DNA from: Pavona decussata
Lineage: Eukaryota
Length of the DNA: 64,000 nt
Direction: 5' to 3'
NCBI GenBank assembly: GCA_977016875.1
Contig: CDRNST010000104.1
Coordinates: forward strand, 5,332,001 to 5,396,000
Below, piece by piece: positions 38,058 to 51,060 of this stretch (its first letter is position 1; every line of letters starts with the position of its first letter). The notes below the pieces were generated by a model that made no database searches, was not told the DNA's origin, and saw nothing but the letters and a program-made list of their open reading frames with translations. The position numbers and the translations under genes are program-made.

Positions 38058-39498
38058 GCTTTCTTTCTCACTGTGATATATCTATTGAGCACGTTTTTTT
38101 TGGGCACCAACATGGCGGATAGCAACAGTTGTCAAGGCGGAGGTCACGTGGGTGAAAACCAAGAATATTACAATAAGGCTCTGAACCTGTACAATGTTGA
38201 TGACATCAGAACCTGGAGAACAATCTGTCCCAGGTGCAACATAGCGAGGACTCTACTGTGCTCGCCGATGTGCTGTTTCTAGCAATTTGAACTTCTGTTT
38301 TTTTTTTCTCTTGATTTTTCTTGTTTATATATAAGTAGTGTAAGTTTTTAAGTTTGAAATAATTAACATGGGATCTGCTGTAATTGGCTATTAAGGTAAT
38401 TGGCTGTAGTGGTCTCTCTGTCTAATAAATTTTTTCACGTATTCATGAATATAGATCCGTATCTGTATTTAAGTTAGGCAAAGCAAAAAAAATAAATTTA
38501 ACAGATTTGAAGTCCAGAAACAGATCTCACTAAACTGAAGTCCTTAACAGAAGAATACTACAGAGCCAATGCACTGTTCTCACCATCTGCAGTAAATCCA
38601 ACTAGTAGGACAATTGGGCATGTTTTGCCTGTGCACAATAAGCAAATTTATGACATCTACAAGCAGGTCCTTTAAACAGTCACGATAGAGGGGAGGGAAG
38701 CAAAGCATATTGTATTGCACAAGTTAAGGGTAAACACCACATAGCAGCAGAGGCGGAAAGAAATATTCAAGCATGAATTTGTCATGCAAATATGGTTACC
38801 AGAACCTTGTTTCTATACCCCAAGCAAAAGTGTTTACATACCCTCCTGGATTTTCAATGACTCTTGTTTCTGCTATTGTGGTTTACAGAAAGCAGATCCC
38901 ACATGTACAAGCTGTTACTTTTGCAGTGATAACCTTTTTTCACTCATCCATGACAGTGACAAACAGGTAAAAATTTTATCTGGTTTAGCTAAGTAGCTGT
39001 CTAGAAAATGTCTGCAAAAGGGATGAAGCCCAAAAAATATTATGGATATTTCATCCGCGAAAGTGTAGAGGAGGGGAACATTTTATCTACTTTAGCTAAG
39101 GCTACTTAGAAAATGTACTCAAAAGGCAAGAAGCCCAAAGGGATATTATGGATAGAGTTCTGTTGTTAAAAGCAAGTGTCCTAGGTATTGCACCAGCGTA
39201 AGACATTTGTTTATGTTTACCTTACTGAATGGGATAGCATTTATTATCACTAACTCATCCCAGTCAGAAATGCACAATTTAATTTGTTGAAAAAGTTTCC
39301 ACACAGAAAGAAAAGCAATGTTTCTAAATATAACGTTTTATTGACTGTTTGAACTTGTCTGACATATAATTTAAAGTTGTTCATTTTCAAATAAAGTTGT
39401 TTAACTGAACTCATAATGCAACTGTTCTGTTGTTATGCACCTGTCAATGTTAAACCCAGAGGAACAGGTAGATGAGATGCATTCCCTTACAGAATTTA

Positions 39499-39815
39499 AA
39501 TATACTTTAAGTATACTTCTGGTATACTTCTTATGTACTTTCTGGGGAAAAAGTACATTTGAAGTATACCTTGTTTGTACTTCAACAAAAAAAGTATAAA
39601 TGAAGTATATTTGGCAAGTGTACTTCATTTATACTTCAAATATTTAAGTATACTTCAAGTATACTTCTTCAAACTTCAGTGCTTGTGAAAAATATTTTCC
39701 CAAACAAAAGTGTACTTTAAGTATACTTTAAAACTTAAAAACACACTTAAGAATATATTAGAAGGCAATCTTTATAATCACTCCAAAACAAAAGTATACT
39801 ATAAGTATACTTCAA
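39499..39815. repeat. Left subterminal array of the palindrome AAGTATACTT
   Basis: 5 exact copies (39509, 39646, 39657, 39719, 39803) plus several 1-2 mismatch variants. Confidence 0.95.
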
Positions 39816-39859
39816 CTTTAAATAACAATTTCAGTGTCCTTCTATTACGATCATGTCAT

Positions 39860-40005
39860 TAGGAAAGAAAGAGAATTTCAACGCTAGAAAGCAAAGGAAA
39901 AATTCTGAGCTCCAGGCAAGAAAGGAACTCACGACCCTCCAAGTTCTAGATCGGACACTCTAACCACTTTGCTACTGGAACTCGCATGGCAAGAAGGGTT
40001 GGAAT
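39860..40005 (-). mobile_element. Degenerate tRNA-derived SINE
   Basis: The minus strand shows A-box-like GTAGCAAAGTGGTTAGAG and B-box-like GAGTTCCTTTCT, followed by GGAGCTCAGAATTTTTCC. Confidence 0.55.
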
Positions 40006-40403
40006 GTAATTACAAATATGCATGTTTTTAGAAATCAGAGTTTATCAAAAAAGCCAGTAAGATTTTGCATTTCAATATGGACTTATAAAATCAATTTCAA
40101 TGTAATGAACTCTTTTATAAACTATTAGGAAGCAAAAAATAACATGCACATTCAAATGCTTTTGATGAAAGCAGCAAAAGTAATATTATTTGCTTGGAAT
40201 TTTTACCTTACTATTTTTTTTTCTTCAATTTCACTTTTATATATTTTAATATTTGTTTGCACAAGTGGAAATGGAGCTTAAGTACAGGTACACCTAAAAG
40301 ACTGGAAGAAAACTTGAAATACCAGTCTAAATTACGGAAATAAGTACTACTTTTTAAACTGTAAATACAGTACATACATGCAAAGAATTAAGAGTATGCC
40401 ATA

Positions 40404-42098
40404 TCAGTCTTTCTCATATCTGTTTGGTAGCTTACAGACAAACATACATTTGTCGTGTTTGCAGTCCACAAAAATGCACAGAGCTTTGATACTCGTAATA
40501 GGGAAGATCACATTACTAAATTCTTCTTTCCTAACAGGAATAACATGACCCAGTTTACAATCAGTGAACTCATCAAACGACATTCTGATGTCAGTGGCTG
40601 GCTTCAAACAGCAGTCAGCTATACCAAAGTAATGTGGAGTCTTGCAGGTGCATGCATCTGTACAAAATAAAACATTTGGGCATTGCACAAACAGCTTGAC
40701 ATAACACTTAACTTGAACAAATCCTAAATCCTCCACAAAAACAGTGTAACTATTTCTCCGCGAAATATTTAAATAGCTTTTGCTATGAATAACGTCTCTG
40801 TTCATTTGGATCCGTTTAAATATGAAAGCTTTGGAGATAAAACCTGTCTTGTTTTCAATAAAACCTGTAAGAGCTGCACTCAAAGTAGCTGGTGACATAA
40901 CACCAAGTGCAAATACATTGTCAGATATTTCCTCACGTTTGCACTTCAAAATGAACCTTCCACAGGTCATGTGCTCATAAAATTCTTTGCTAGCTGAACC
41001 TGGAAGAAGCAGTGGTATAAGTTCAGGAATTTTCTGCTGTACACAAACAGAAAATGCGATTTGTAATTCCACTTTTTGTGTTCCATGAAATAAGGTTCTC
41101 AAATCACCATTATAATCCTCGAACCAGAAGCAAGAGGTAGCCCATAAAGGACCAATGTTCTTCACACAATCATGGAGATGAAGAAGGCAGTGAACATTAA
41201 ATGTCTCATATCGGCTCCCATACAAGGCTTCAATTCGCAGACAAAAGTGCCGCAGGAGGTCACCTGCTTTCTGTAAGCACTGAGGTGAAATTGAACTCTG
41301 ATCTAATAACCAGATTGCTTCCACGAGCAAAATGAAATGTTGAAAGTATTCATCAGGTAAAATATTCCACAAACAAGGAATACCATAAAAAAACAGAAAT
41401 GATCTAAACTCTGAAGCTTTCCAATGAGGAAGGTCCTTTGCAATACTTCTTGGTGCCCGAGAAATACAATTGGGTGGAGATATATTTATCAAGCGACTGT
41501 CAACATCTTCAACTTGTTTGCTTATGCTCCATTCTTCAGTTGCATGCGTCTTGTCGAACCACAGTGTCATAAGCATTTTTGTGACGCCCAGAAGAACACA
41601 GTGCATGTAATCCACTGCAACACCTTTAATAATATCAAATCCAGGTATAAACATAAACCATGAATGTCCCTTAACTCCACAGACAGGTGAATATTTTCCC
41701 TCAAGTTTTGATTTGTGCGCTAGATATGCATACTCCAGAGTGTTCTCGTGGGTACGATCTGCTCCATAACCTGTTAACGGGTTTTCTCTGTTGAATGGAT
41801 AGGCATGGGTATGTCCTCTAGCACTTGTTTTTACACTGGTTCCCTTATGCAAGCAATAAGGACACCCGCTAAAACCATTGAACTGCACAAAATTTTGCAT
41901 TAGGCACTTAGCTGGTGCATCCATGGTACCACTTAACAAAATTCCTCTTAAAGTAAGGTCTCTTCCTTTACTGTCAGTAATTACCATTCCTACAAAAGAA
42001 ATTTATTAAAGAAAAACATGTCAGTATAATAGAACACGGATATGTATTTTTTATTCAAATTGAGACAAAATAGCACATACAAAGCACACCACATTGTA

Positions 42099-42150
<52 letters not shown>

Positions 42151-45145
42151 TGAGTTAAGTTGGCTTTGTTGGGGCTCTTTTACTGTAGCCAATATTAACC
42201 AGCCCTATTTCAGCCGATTTAGGAAAGGATGGGTACAATCCCATACCTTCAAATGTACTGGCAATTAAGGGAAATTTAATCCCCGTTACCAAGATGAAAA
42301 ATGTCAAAAGGCCCCCAAAATACCCGTAGAATCATGTTCCACCTTGTCAGCGACCTTACAAACCATGCCCAGTCGAAAATGTTTCGTCACTAACAGTCCC
42401 GGTATCCGGGCTGGAGTGTTCATATGGGAAAAATTTCCAGCTTGGTTACTGAGATCTCGGTAACCGGGCCAGCCCGCCTTGTCATAAGAACACATTGAAG
42501 TTTTTGAAAAGAAAAGAGTGGCGAGGCGAGATCTCGGAAACCAAGCCAACCTGGTCGACCGGGCTCTAATATATACAATAAAGGTATTGCTTTCCCCACA
42601 TTTCTCTTATCTACATTGGATTTTGATATTACATTTTGTGACATCTTTGTCCCAGAGTGCCAGAATTGATCTGTTTACGTACACAAATCTTTACCTTCGG
42701 AGTATATGTCTTGAAACTCTTTGCTTAAGGGTTGCAGAAATGTCAAGAAATCTGGTTTTTTGTAACCAAACCACAATCCAAGAAAAATGCTATTGGATCT
42801 TGCAAACCTAACAACAAACAAAATACAAGCAATATCACATTAGATTCACAGCAAAAACTGAATTTCAGCTATGTTTAGAGAAATTGCTAGGAGAATAAAT
42901 TAATAAAAATTTATTGCTTTGTTTCATTATGATAATTAACTGACCTATTTTGATTAAGATTATTAGCAAGTCCTAAGTTAAAAAAAAGGACAGTGCTTTG
43001 AGGTCAAGTCTCTACCATCTCTAATGTCACCTTCTTTGTTACCAGACCCTCTTGTCTTATAACAATAATTGTTATTAATGTCAGCCATAATACTAAATAA
43101 ATATTCTACAAAATGTAACTACAAATATCATATCGAATACCATATGTATACCTGCAGTTTGGTGGAAGCTCATTAAGAACAAGGTAAACTGGCCAAATAC
43201 TGTATTTCGAGGACCTAAAGAGGGCCACCCCATCAGTATTGATCTGAAAGCTTATGTGGATTTCAGTTTTCTTTTTCTCATCTGAAGCACCCTTAAAAAA
43301 CCCATCATTTCCAAAATGCTTCTTGTACAGCAATCCATCTTGGATGTCTTCAATTGCAACTGAATTGCTCTTGGTTCTGGTAACTGGATATTTGATGAGA
43401 TCAAGAATGCCAGATTCTGAAAGAAGATTATATGATTATATGAAGATTACTATATTCCTTTTTGGAAAATTTAAAATAATCAATTAACAGTAAATTTTCT
43501 CTGTATAAAAATGAAAAGTAACATTCAATTATTTATTAATTGCATTCATTATTCTCACTATTATCAATAATTGATAAGTATAATTTTTGTAAGTATTATT
43601 TCAAGTCCATACATGGACTTGTTGGTTTGTAATATGCAGCTATCCTAAAGGTCTTGTTCAGTATGAAATCAACAACTGCTTTTTACTGCAATTTAAAAAT
43701 TTTGTACTCTTTCGAACCAATAAATTTGAACTTAACTTGGAATGAAATCTATTCATTGTATAATGTTGTGTAGTTAAAAGAGAGAAGGTCAAACTTATCA
43801 AAGAAATGCTGCTTTTTGTGGTAAACAGCTGGTTCTTGACAATCTGCGAGCCAGTGAGCCATGCGAGGCAGATGTGCGGGGCACTCAGGTTAGCCTAAAA
43901 AAAAACTCCGGTTAGCCTAAAAAGCACTCTGCCTAGCCTAAATAGCACTCAGGTTAGCTTAACAGTTAGCATTTATGTTAGGGGCTGTTCATGCCTCGCA
44001 AGCCTCGCATGTTTTGTTCTGCCTTGCATGGCTCGCACATTGGCCACACTCTAAACAGCTTCCATTTGAATGCCTGTGTGAGACCAGAGCCCATTGTATT
44101 GTATTGCTTATTTTATACTGTTTTTTAACAAATTATGACAAAGTCAAAGACCACTTACTTTGCATTAGGTCCCTCAACTGGCACATAAGTGGAATAATGA
44201 TGAAGTAAGAAGAATTTTCCTTCTTGCTCAAATCCTTCAAACAGCATTTGTTCTTACACAATTTATCCTCTGGTATAGACAGCCCCTGATATTCCATACA
44301 AAATGTACAATAATAGTGGAACTGGATCGGATTCTTTAATTTCATAAAAAATTTCTTGAGTAAGTCCATTGAAGAGGCACATTCATTTGGCACCCTGGCA
44401 CCGCACAATGGAGGCTAACAAGTGTCAACAAATCAACAATGGCAAGTCCAGTTAAACTATGACGAATAGCGAACGTTACAACAAGTAGCATGCTAACTGC
44501 CACACTTATAGGTGCCCCTTTGTACAAGGGAGTATCTGCAAACATACATGTATTCTCTTCCGGCTCTTCAGTGAAATTGTCACCGTTGGTGTGGCTAGTG
44601 TTTTCATCAGAGTAAAAAGCAGCCAGATACTCATCAACGCAGTTGTCGTACAGTTCATCTTCAAAAGCACCTATCCTGGTTTGTTCTGACTCAGAGGGGG
44701 CAGAAGTTTCTTCGTGTATGATATCATCTTCTGGAGGTTCGCACTGATTACTCGGAGACTCGAAAGATCGATCGTCTTCATCGTCATGCGTCTCGTATTC
44801 ACTCAAAGATTTTTCTGAAGAGTTATCAGTTTGATATAAAGAGCTGAGCGATAATTCAGAGCCAACCGTCTCCATGTAATCGGTAACAATGTCAGTGCTG
44901 CTATGGAAGTCACTGAAGCTATCGTTCGACGTCGTGGGAAGATCATCCGCCGAATTTCCTGTGGGTGAAATTGACGTAGTCGCACAGTTTCTTTCTGGCC
45001 ATTTCTTTAAGGTCGTTCGTGGAATTTTCGCATTTGGCTGAGAAAGGTACTGGTTGTAAGGACCACGTCGTTTTACGTCCTTTTCGCGAGAATCTGAAGA
45101 AACAGAACGAGAACTGGAAGCAGTATCATCGGCCATCTTTTTCAT
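40404..45145 (-). pseudogene. CACTA/EnSpm transposase, 4 exons, 980 aa after removing one 8-bp duplication
   Basis: Exons 45145-44159, 43416-43152, 42807-42695 and 41989-40404, all GT-AG and phase-compatible. Motifs: DIQDG, INTDGV..SIWPV..NELPP, LWFG..KP, GTMDAPAK..QFNG..GCPYC, DYMHCVLLG, WKASEFR, NVHCLLHL..GPLW..FWFEDYNG. The only lesion found is the frameshift at 44388-44403. Confidence 0.92.
42100..42570. repeat. (ATT)n microsatellite and a MITE-like insert in transposase intron 3
   Basis: ATT run at 42100-42150. A GC-richer segment at 42280-42570 carries repeated GAGATCTCGG(T/A)AACC and ends GACCGGGCTC-TAA. Confidence 0.6.
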
Positions 45146-45339
45146 GTGCAAAGTGTTCGATTACCGCTGACTGGCAAGACGAACGGACCATATACGGGAT
45201 CTTGTAGATTTCCTAATATGGTTGTGTATGAACATTTTGGCGGGCGATACCGACTCAAAGCAGTTCGTTGCGTTCAGCTTCGCCGACCAAAGTTTGCAAC
45301 GCTTGAGATATTGCCTTTGTCTGTTTTTTCGATTACAAT
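45146..45339. promoter_or_regulatory. Putative compact bidirectional promoter / 5'UTRs (194 bp)
   Basis: CpG-containing gap between the two head-to-head start codons (45145 minus, 45340 plus). Function is inferred from position only. Confidence 0.5.
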
Positions 45340-48300
45340 ATGAGTGGCTCAAGACAAAACAAAAGAAAGAGTACACCATCGTCGAAGTTTGGCAATACAA
45401 GTAAGTTGTGGTGTTGAAATTATCGGTTCTAAGCATGTAGATTGTGTAAATATAACTTCTGGTAGGCGCGCGCTAAACACGTTCTTGAATCCTTGAATGT
45501 TTCAAACAATTTGTTGGTTGTTTTCATGGCTAAAAAGTGCGGCAGAGGTTCTGAAAATTAGTCTGTTTTGCCATTGATTGAGTCTGTCATAGATGTCGCG
45601 TGTAAAATTATTATAGAATAAATTTTGGTGTAATCTCGTCAATTTCAATTCTCCTGCTCTCCGCTCGCGCGCCGATTGATCGATTAAGCGTCTTCTCTCT
45701 TCGCTATGCGAAACTTCTGCTCTTCGTACTTCTCTTGCATTCCAGAGTCGTATAGTGGCTTGAAAAAACGACAAAAACCAAAAAGCACGACGCCTCGATT
45801 TTTTCAATTCATGTGTTGACGTTTTCTTGCCTTAAAAATTGTAGCATTAGTTCATGAAATATATTTAATAATTTTATCTGCCATTATATTGATTCCATTT
45901 GTAGAATTTATTCTGGTTCAGTTTATTGAGGACAGCGTTAAAGTTATTGTGACCGAAAAGGAACTTATGAAGGAAGGTGGTACAACCAAAGCTATGTATC
46001 TAGACAAGAAGTATTATCCTTGTGTTGTGCTGAGTGAAAGTGGTAAGTTTAATACTTTAATTGGTTTGTGATTTACTAACTCGGACTTAGTAGAAGTAGA
46101 TGCCCTAATGGCATTTACACGGAATGCTTAATGTAGCCCCATTTATATATTCCCATTGTATGCCTCGCAGATTTTTGAAAACTATCCTCCCTTCGGAATT
46201 GAAATAATTGAATTGTTTTATTCTGAGAGACTGCGTGATATTTTATTGTTGTGTTACTGGGAATCATACCGGAAATTACTCTGTGATAACGTCATGACCC
46301 CGCTGAACTTGACTGCCTTCCTTCGCGTTGAATTATTCGATCTGTTTGTGAAAGTGGAGTTTCTTCGCTGTGAACTCTCCCAATTTCCATCGTTTAAACC
46401 GTCGAATACTTAGAAGTTATTATTTCGTTTTACCGCCGGAAAAAGGTTTGTTTTATTTCTGAAAACGGCAGGTCAGAGTCTTAAATTCATACATGTGGCC
46501 GCCATTGAACAAAAACAACCTTTCAAATGATGATTTGCTTTGACGTCACACAGGTAAAGATGAGTGGGTCCCCTTCCTTGTGATATACGCGCCGATAATG
46601 GTTTTTGATTGGGCCGTTTTTGTTTAAGACAATCAGAACAATAGATCCCTCCTAGGGGGAGCAGAATTTAATCCAGGTTTAATGAAGAAATCAAGTGATG
46701 ATTTGACATCAAACAGGAAGGGATGAGTGGGTTCCCTCCCTCGTGATATGCGCACCAGTAATAGATTTTGATTGGGTCGCTTTTGATGTAGACAATCAGA
46801 ACAATACATCCCTACTAGGAGAGGACAGAGTTTAATGCATAAATTATTGTGCAGATTTGTGACTACGATGAAGAAAAAAATAAGATACCCGGGCCAAACC
46901 TAGACATGGCCTGCCCTTCGGCCATCCTGTGTAATAGTATGATTTTTATTGAAATTTGCCACTGTTTGAAGTATTCAAAAATAACCTGCCATTAATCCTT
47001 AGCTAATAACTAACTCTGAATTTTTTTTCTTGGGGCAGATGATAAAGACCAGTTGATCAAAACAAAAACTTCAATGGAGTCCACATCCAAAAAAAAGAGT
47101 AGTACTGTGGCAACACACAAAGGGAAAGGCAAAGCCAACAAAGAGCCTGCAGCTCAAACGAATGCAACAGGAAAAAGTAAATCAAAAGAAAAGCAAGCAG
47201 AAGAAAAAAAAATACAAGAAGAAAAGAAGAAAGAAAAAGTGCAGAAGAAGAAGGCCCTTGATGAAAGGGATTTTAATATTCTAGGGCAGTTGTCACTACT
47301 CAATAAGTCGGTGGTAGTGATTGATGAGCAAGGCAGAGATATGGAGGAGAAAGAAAAAGAGCTGGAAAGAAAAAAGGAAGAACTAGAGCAAAGGGAGAGA
47401 GAAGTACAGAGGAAAGAAGGAGAAAGAAACAAGGGAAATTGTTTAAATTCCAGTGAAGTTGTATTCAGCAACTTAGAACGTATTATCGCAAGCCCCTTCA
47501 GGGATGAAAGTGATGAGGATGAGGAAAACGAAATGGACGATTTCAGTAAGTACAGGCTTTATGTTCTCTAGATACATAATTGCATGTGAACAATAATTAT
47601 TGTTTCCGGTCAAGATTAAATTTAGGTTAAAATTTTTTAACTTAGGTACCTAGGAGACAACAGAAATTGAGAATCAACCTAGGTTGAAAATAATACCCTT
47701 AATATAATTTAATTTTTACCTGTAGCATAATCATACCAAACCGTACTAGTCTAGATGTTACTCATCTTCAAAGTTTAAATCAAATAAATTTTCCTAATAA
47801 TTGTTTTTGCTGTAAATCTTAATTTATTATAAACACATACAGCAATTAATAATCACACTTCTATTTCAGCATTCAACACACTGCCACAACAGAATGTTTT
47901 TAGATTCCTTACTCTAAATTTGTGCTACGTACATGTATATTGTGTTAAGAAATTATAACCAGGCTTTTCTAGTCAAAGCATGAAATATAAAAACTGTGGA
48001 TCAAGTTTGATTTATAAATGTTGTGTTTACATTATTGTCTAGGTCCCAATGATAGTGGCTCCAACTCAACGGCTGACATTGACATAACAGAAGCAAGTAG
48101 TCTTATCACATCTACTCCCAAACATGTAAGACCAACTGTTGGCATGAAAAGGCCAAGAGCAAACCTAATTACTAAAGCCAACAAATGTCCAAGAAGGCAG
48201 GGTGGGCCAGAATGCACTCAGTGTCTCCACCTGTTAGCGGAAAACAAGGAACTGAGGGATGCCAATGCCTTGCTCACTGAGCAGCTTGCTCAGTCAAGGG

Positions 48301-50185
48301 AGGCTGCAGCAGATCTTCAGCTGAGTGAAGCCCCTAGACCTGGCAAAGTGCCCAGAGCAATTGCTGAACGTAACAAAGTAAGATTTGTTTTGGGCTATAT
48401 CAAACAAAGCATAATAATGAAGGGTTGCCTGGAAAAAGCCTTTAGTGATGTATGATTAATTCACCTCATGTGAACTGTGTTGTATTTCCTTGTACAGGGA
48501 GAATTTAATGTATCGTTACATATCAAGTCACAGCCTTTTTCATAGTACCTCTTAACTTATATGATTGGCTGCAAATTGTTATGTTTTAAGATTCTTTAAC
48601 AACAATCAAAACTGTCAAGCCTTACACAGAAAGAGGTTGCTGACAAGAAATGACAGGTTCATGTTATTCACAGTTAAAACCTTGTGTAGACTGACCTCTT
48701 GTAAGAAACCATAATTTATTTGCTTAATCACTAGTTTTTCAAGGGTTCAACTGCAATAAAAACCTAGCTAATTAATTGCACTTTCTTAATAGTAATTAAA
48801 TGCAACAGACATTTCCACTGTAATATAAATTAATTTTATTACTTAGCAGGGAGGTGCATGAGAGTAGCAATCAAGTTATTTTGTTTATAAATTTATACAT
48901 GTTCTTTAAATAAGTGTATAGGCATTAGGGAAACATAACCCTGAAACATGTGCTCTTTCTATAAAGTATTTCTTTCTTTTGCAATCTTGTACCCAGATAT
49001 CACACCGTGTCCTTGGTGACTGAGTGTTTGGTAGAATCAGCTTCATTCTCCAACCAGTACAAACAGTTTCACCATTTTTGTGTAGACTTCAAAACAATGT
49101 ATGCCAGTGTACATTTGCATATGTGAGTTTACCATGACACAAAACAACTCTAAAACATGTGCCCTTGAATGTCAATCTCTAAAGTATTTATAAGAACTTT
49201 TTATTCCCTGAAGAGTGAAAAGATCTGGGTACAAGATTAAGTTTTTTGTTTCTTTGGGACTGAGATGCACTCAAAATATGATTGTTCGCCATAAAATTTG
49301 TGTTTAAACAAATAAATGGTACTGGCAAGTGTTTTAGTGACAAAAAAAAAAAAACTACTAAGGTCCATGCAGATGTGAATGTGTGATGCATAAACTCAGT
49401 AATTACCATATATATGTTGTTGCTTGCAGATGATAGAACTGTCTCCTGGACAAAGGGTTTTTGTGTATGAAAGCCACATTACAAAAGCTTTTTCAAAGAA
49501 AACAGCTACAGCAACAGCCTGCTTCTTGCTTAACTGTTTTTACAAGGATGACGAACTGATAGGCAAAAGCCTAACTGGTAAAAACAACAAGCCATGCCTG
49601 GATACTGACATCCTCAACAGTATCCTGAGTAAGAGTTCCTTTATACAGTTATATTACACTTCATTAAACAGCTCACTCACTAGAATGTTAGGTCATTGCA
49701 CACACAAAAAAAGAGCCCTGGCTAGATTAACAAATTAAACAAAATTTTGATCTAGATATTACTGGTAGTACATAAAAACATAATTGCATGTGAACAAAAA
49801 AATAAATGTATCATTTTATATAAGATGCAGTCACATAACAGCAAAGAACATGTAGAGCAAAGATGGCATTAGCCTTTACCGCTTACTCCATATTGCCTCC
49901 TCCTTGCATGACAGATGCAAACTAGTGAAAATATTTTCTCTCAGTTATTAGGTTAATTTAATTGAACGATGACTTGCTACTTTTGTCGCCTTGTTCAAAT
50001 GAAATGAGATTAAATTTTTATCATTATTTTACTCTGAGACTTTTGTACTACACATTTTTATTTTTGCAGGCTACACAAGGAAAAGATTCCCTAACCAAGT
50101 TTCCGACAGTGCAGTAAAAATTGCACTGCGGAACAAAATAACTTGCGTGGAGGCCAAGTCAAAAAGGAAGACTCCTGTTGATTAA
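45340..50185 (+). CDS. Intact 6-exon, 451-aa protein with charged coiled-coil and C-terminal BEN domain (accessory gene of the CACTA element)
   Basis: Exons 45340-45400, 45905-46042, 47039-47545, 48043-48377, 49430-49628 and 50070-50185. All are GT-AG with matching phases; total 1356 nt with no stop. The C-terminus ATACFLLNCFYKDDELIGKSLTGKNNKPCLDTDILNSILSY..F.....VKIALRNKI fits the BEN pattern. Confidence 0.85.
46535..46835. repeat. Diverged ~163-bp tandem duplication in intron 2 of the BEN gene
   Basis: GATGAGTGGGT...AGACAATCAGAACAATA at ~46558 and ~46721. Confidence 0.8.
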
Positions 50186-50844
50186 CTCTTTTTTATTTAT
50201 GAAATGTAAATTTTTGATTAGAAAATGACTTACTTATTTTTTTATCTGTAAAAATACCTCAATGTTATAAATCTCAATCAATAGCTGTGAATGTGCACAT
50301 GTATACCATGATAATTTATTAAATTTCATCAACATCAAAATTACATTATAGTGATAATTAACCCAGATCTAAATGAATTTAGGAAGAAATTTGAAAACAT
50401 CGTTGGGCCTGAACATTAACTTATCCAAATAGCATTCAGTATTTTTTCAAAAAAAAATCGTTAATTTTCTTTCCACCTTTCAGATTTTATTATACTCTTT
50501 GTTACATTGGGCTTTTATAGTACTATCAAAATGTAGAAGCATTCTGTTCCAGTTTTTGTGTGTAAAAGTTAGACATAGTATTTCATTAATAAAATAATAG
50601 AGCACTTTACTTTGCAACCAAAGAGTCCATAATAAACAGGTATGATATATACTATAGACATCTAAGTTATCCTGTGTAAATAGCAAAACATGAAAATGAT
50701 TTTATCAACTGATGTCAATTGGCCATTATAGAGAGGTTTGAGCACTTTAAACAACTCAGGTGATAAAACTAAATTTTCATGTTGCACTCCCATTTGAAGT
50801 GGCACCCCAATTTCTTGATAAGCTAGCCAAAAACATTAATATAC

Positions 50845-51060
50845 ATGAAGTACATTTAAAGTATACTTTTAGTACACTCCAAGTACACTTCTTGGAAAGT
50901 ACACCTAAAGTATACTTCTTGTGAAGTATACTTGAAGTATACTTTTTAAGTGACCAAAAGTACCCTACTTTAAGTATACTTTTTTAAGTATACTTAAAGT
51001 ATACTTGAAGTACAAATGAGGTATACTTTTCTTAGTGTTAAAAAGTATACTTTAAATATA
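50845..51060. repeat. Right subterminal array of the palindrome AAGTATACTT
   Basis: 8 exact copies (e.g. 50859, 50908, 50924, 50935, 50972, 50986, 50997) plus AAGTACACTT-type variants. Confidence 0.95.

Larger units (their letters stand above)
32998..38164. mobile_element. ISL2EU-type DNA transposon (transposase catalytic region deleted)
   Basis: TIRs TCTCGGTTTTCAGCTGACGT and ACGTGGGTGAAAACCAAGA, with the inner inverted motif TCCGCCATGTTGGTGCCCA. AT TSD at 32996-32997 and 38165-38166. The convergent YqaJ and THAP genes match the known ISL2EU layout. Confidence 0.85.
32770..38430 (+). mobile_element. LINE 3' fragment split by the ISL2EU insertion (32770-32997 and 38167-38430)
   Basis: YQPSFFIRSCSTWNVL...SLASFKSLLL* joins in frame with YYNKALNLYNVDDIRTWRTICPRCN...CCF* once 32998-38166 is removed. 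Confidence 0.8.

Noticed and set aside
47053-47571. Stand-alone low-complexity K/E-rich ORF
   Set aside because: It is exon 3 of the spliced BEN-domain gene.
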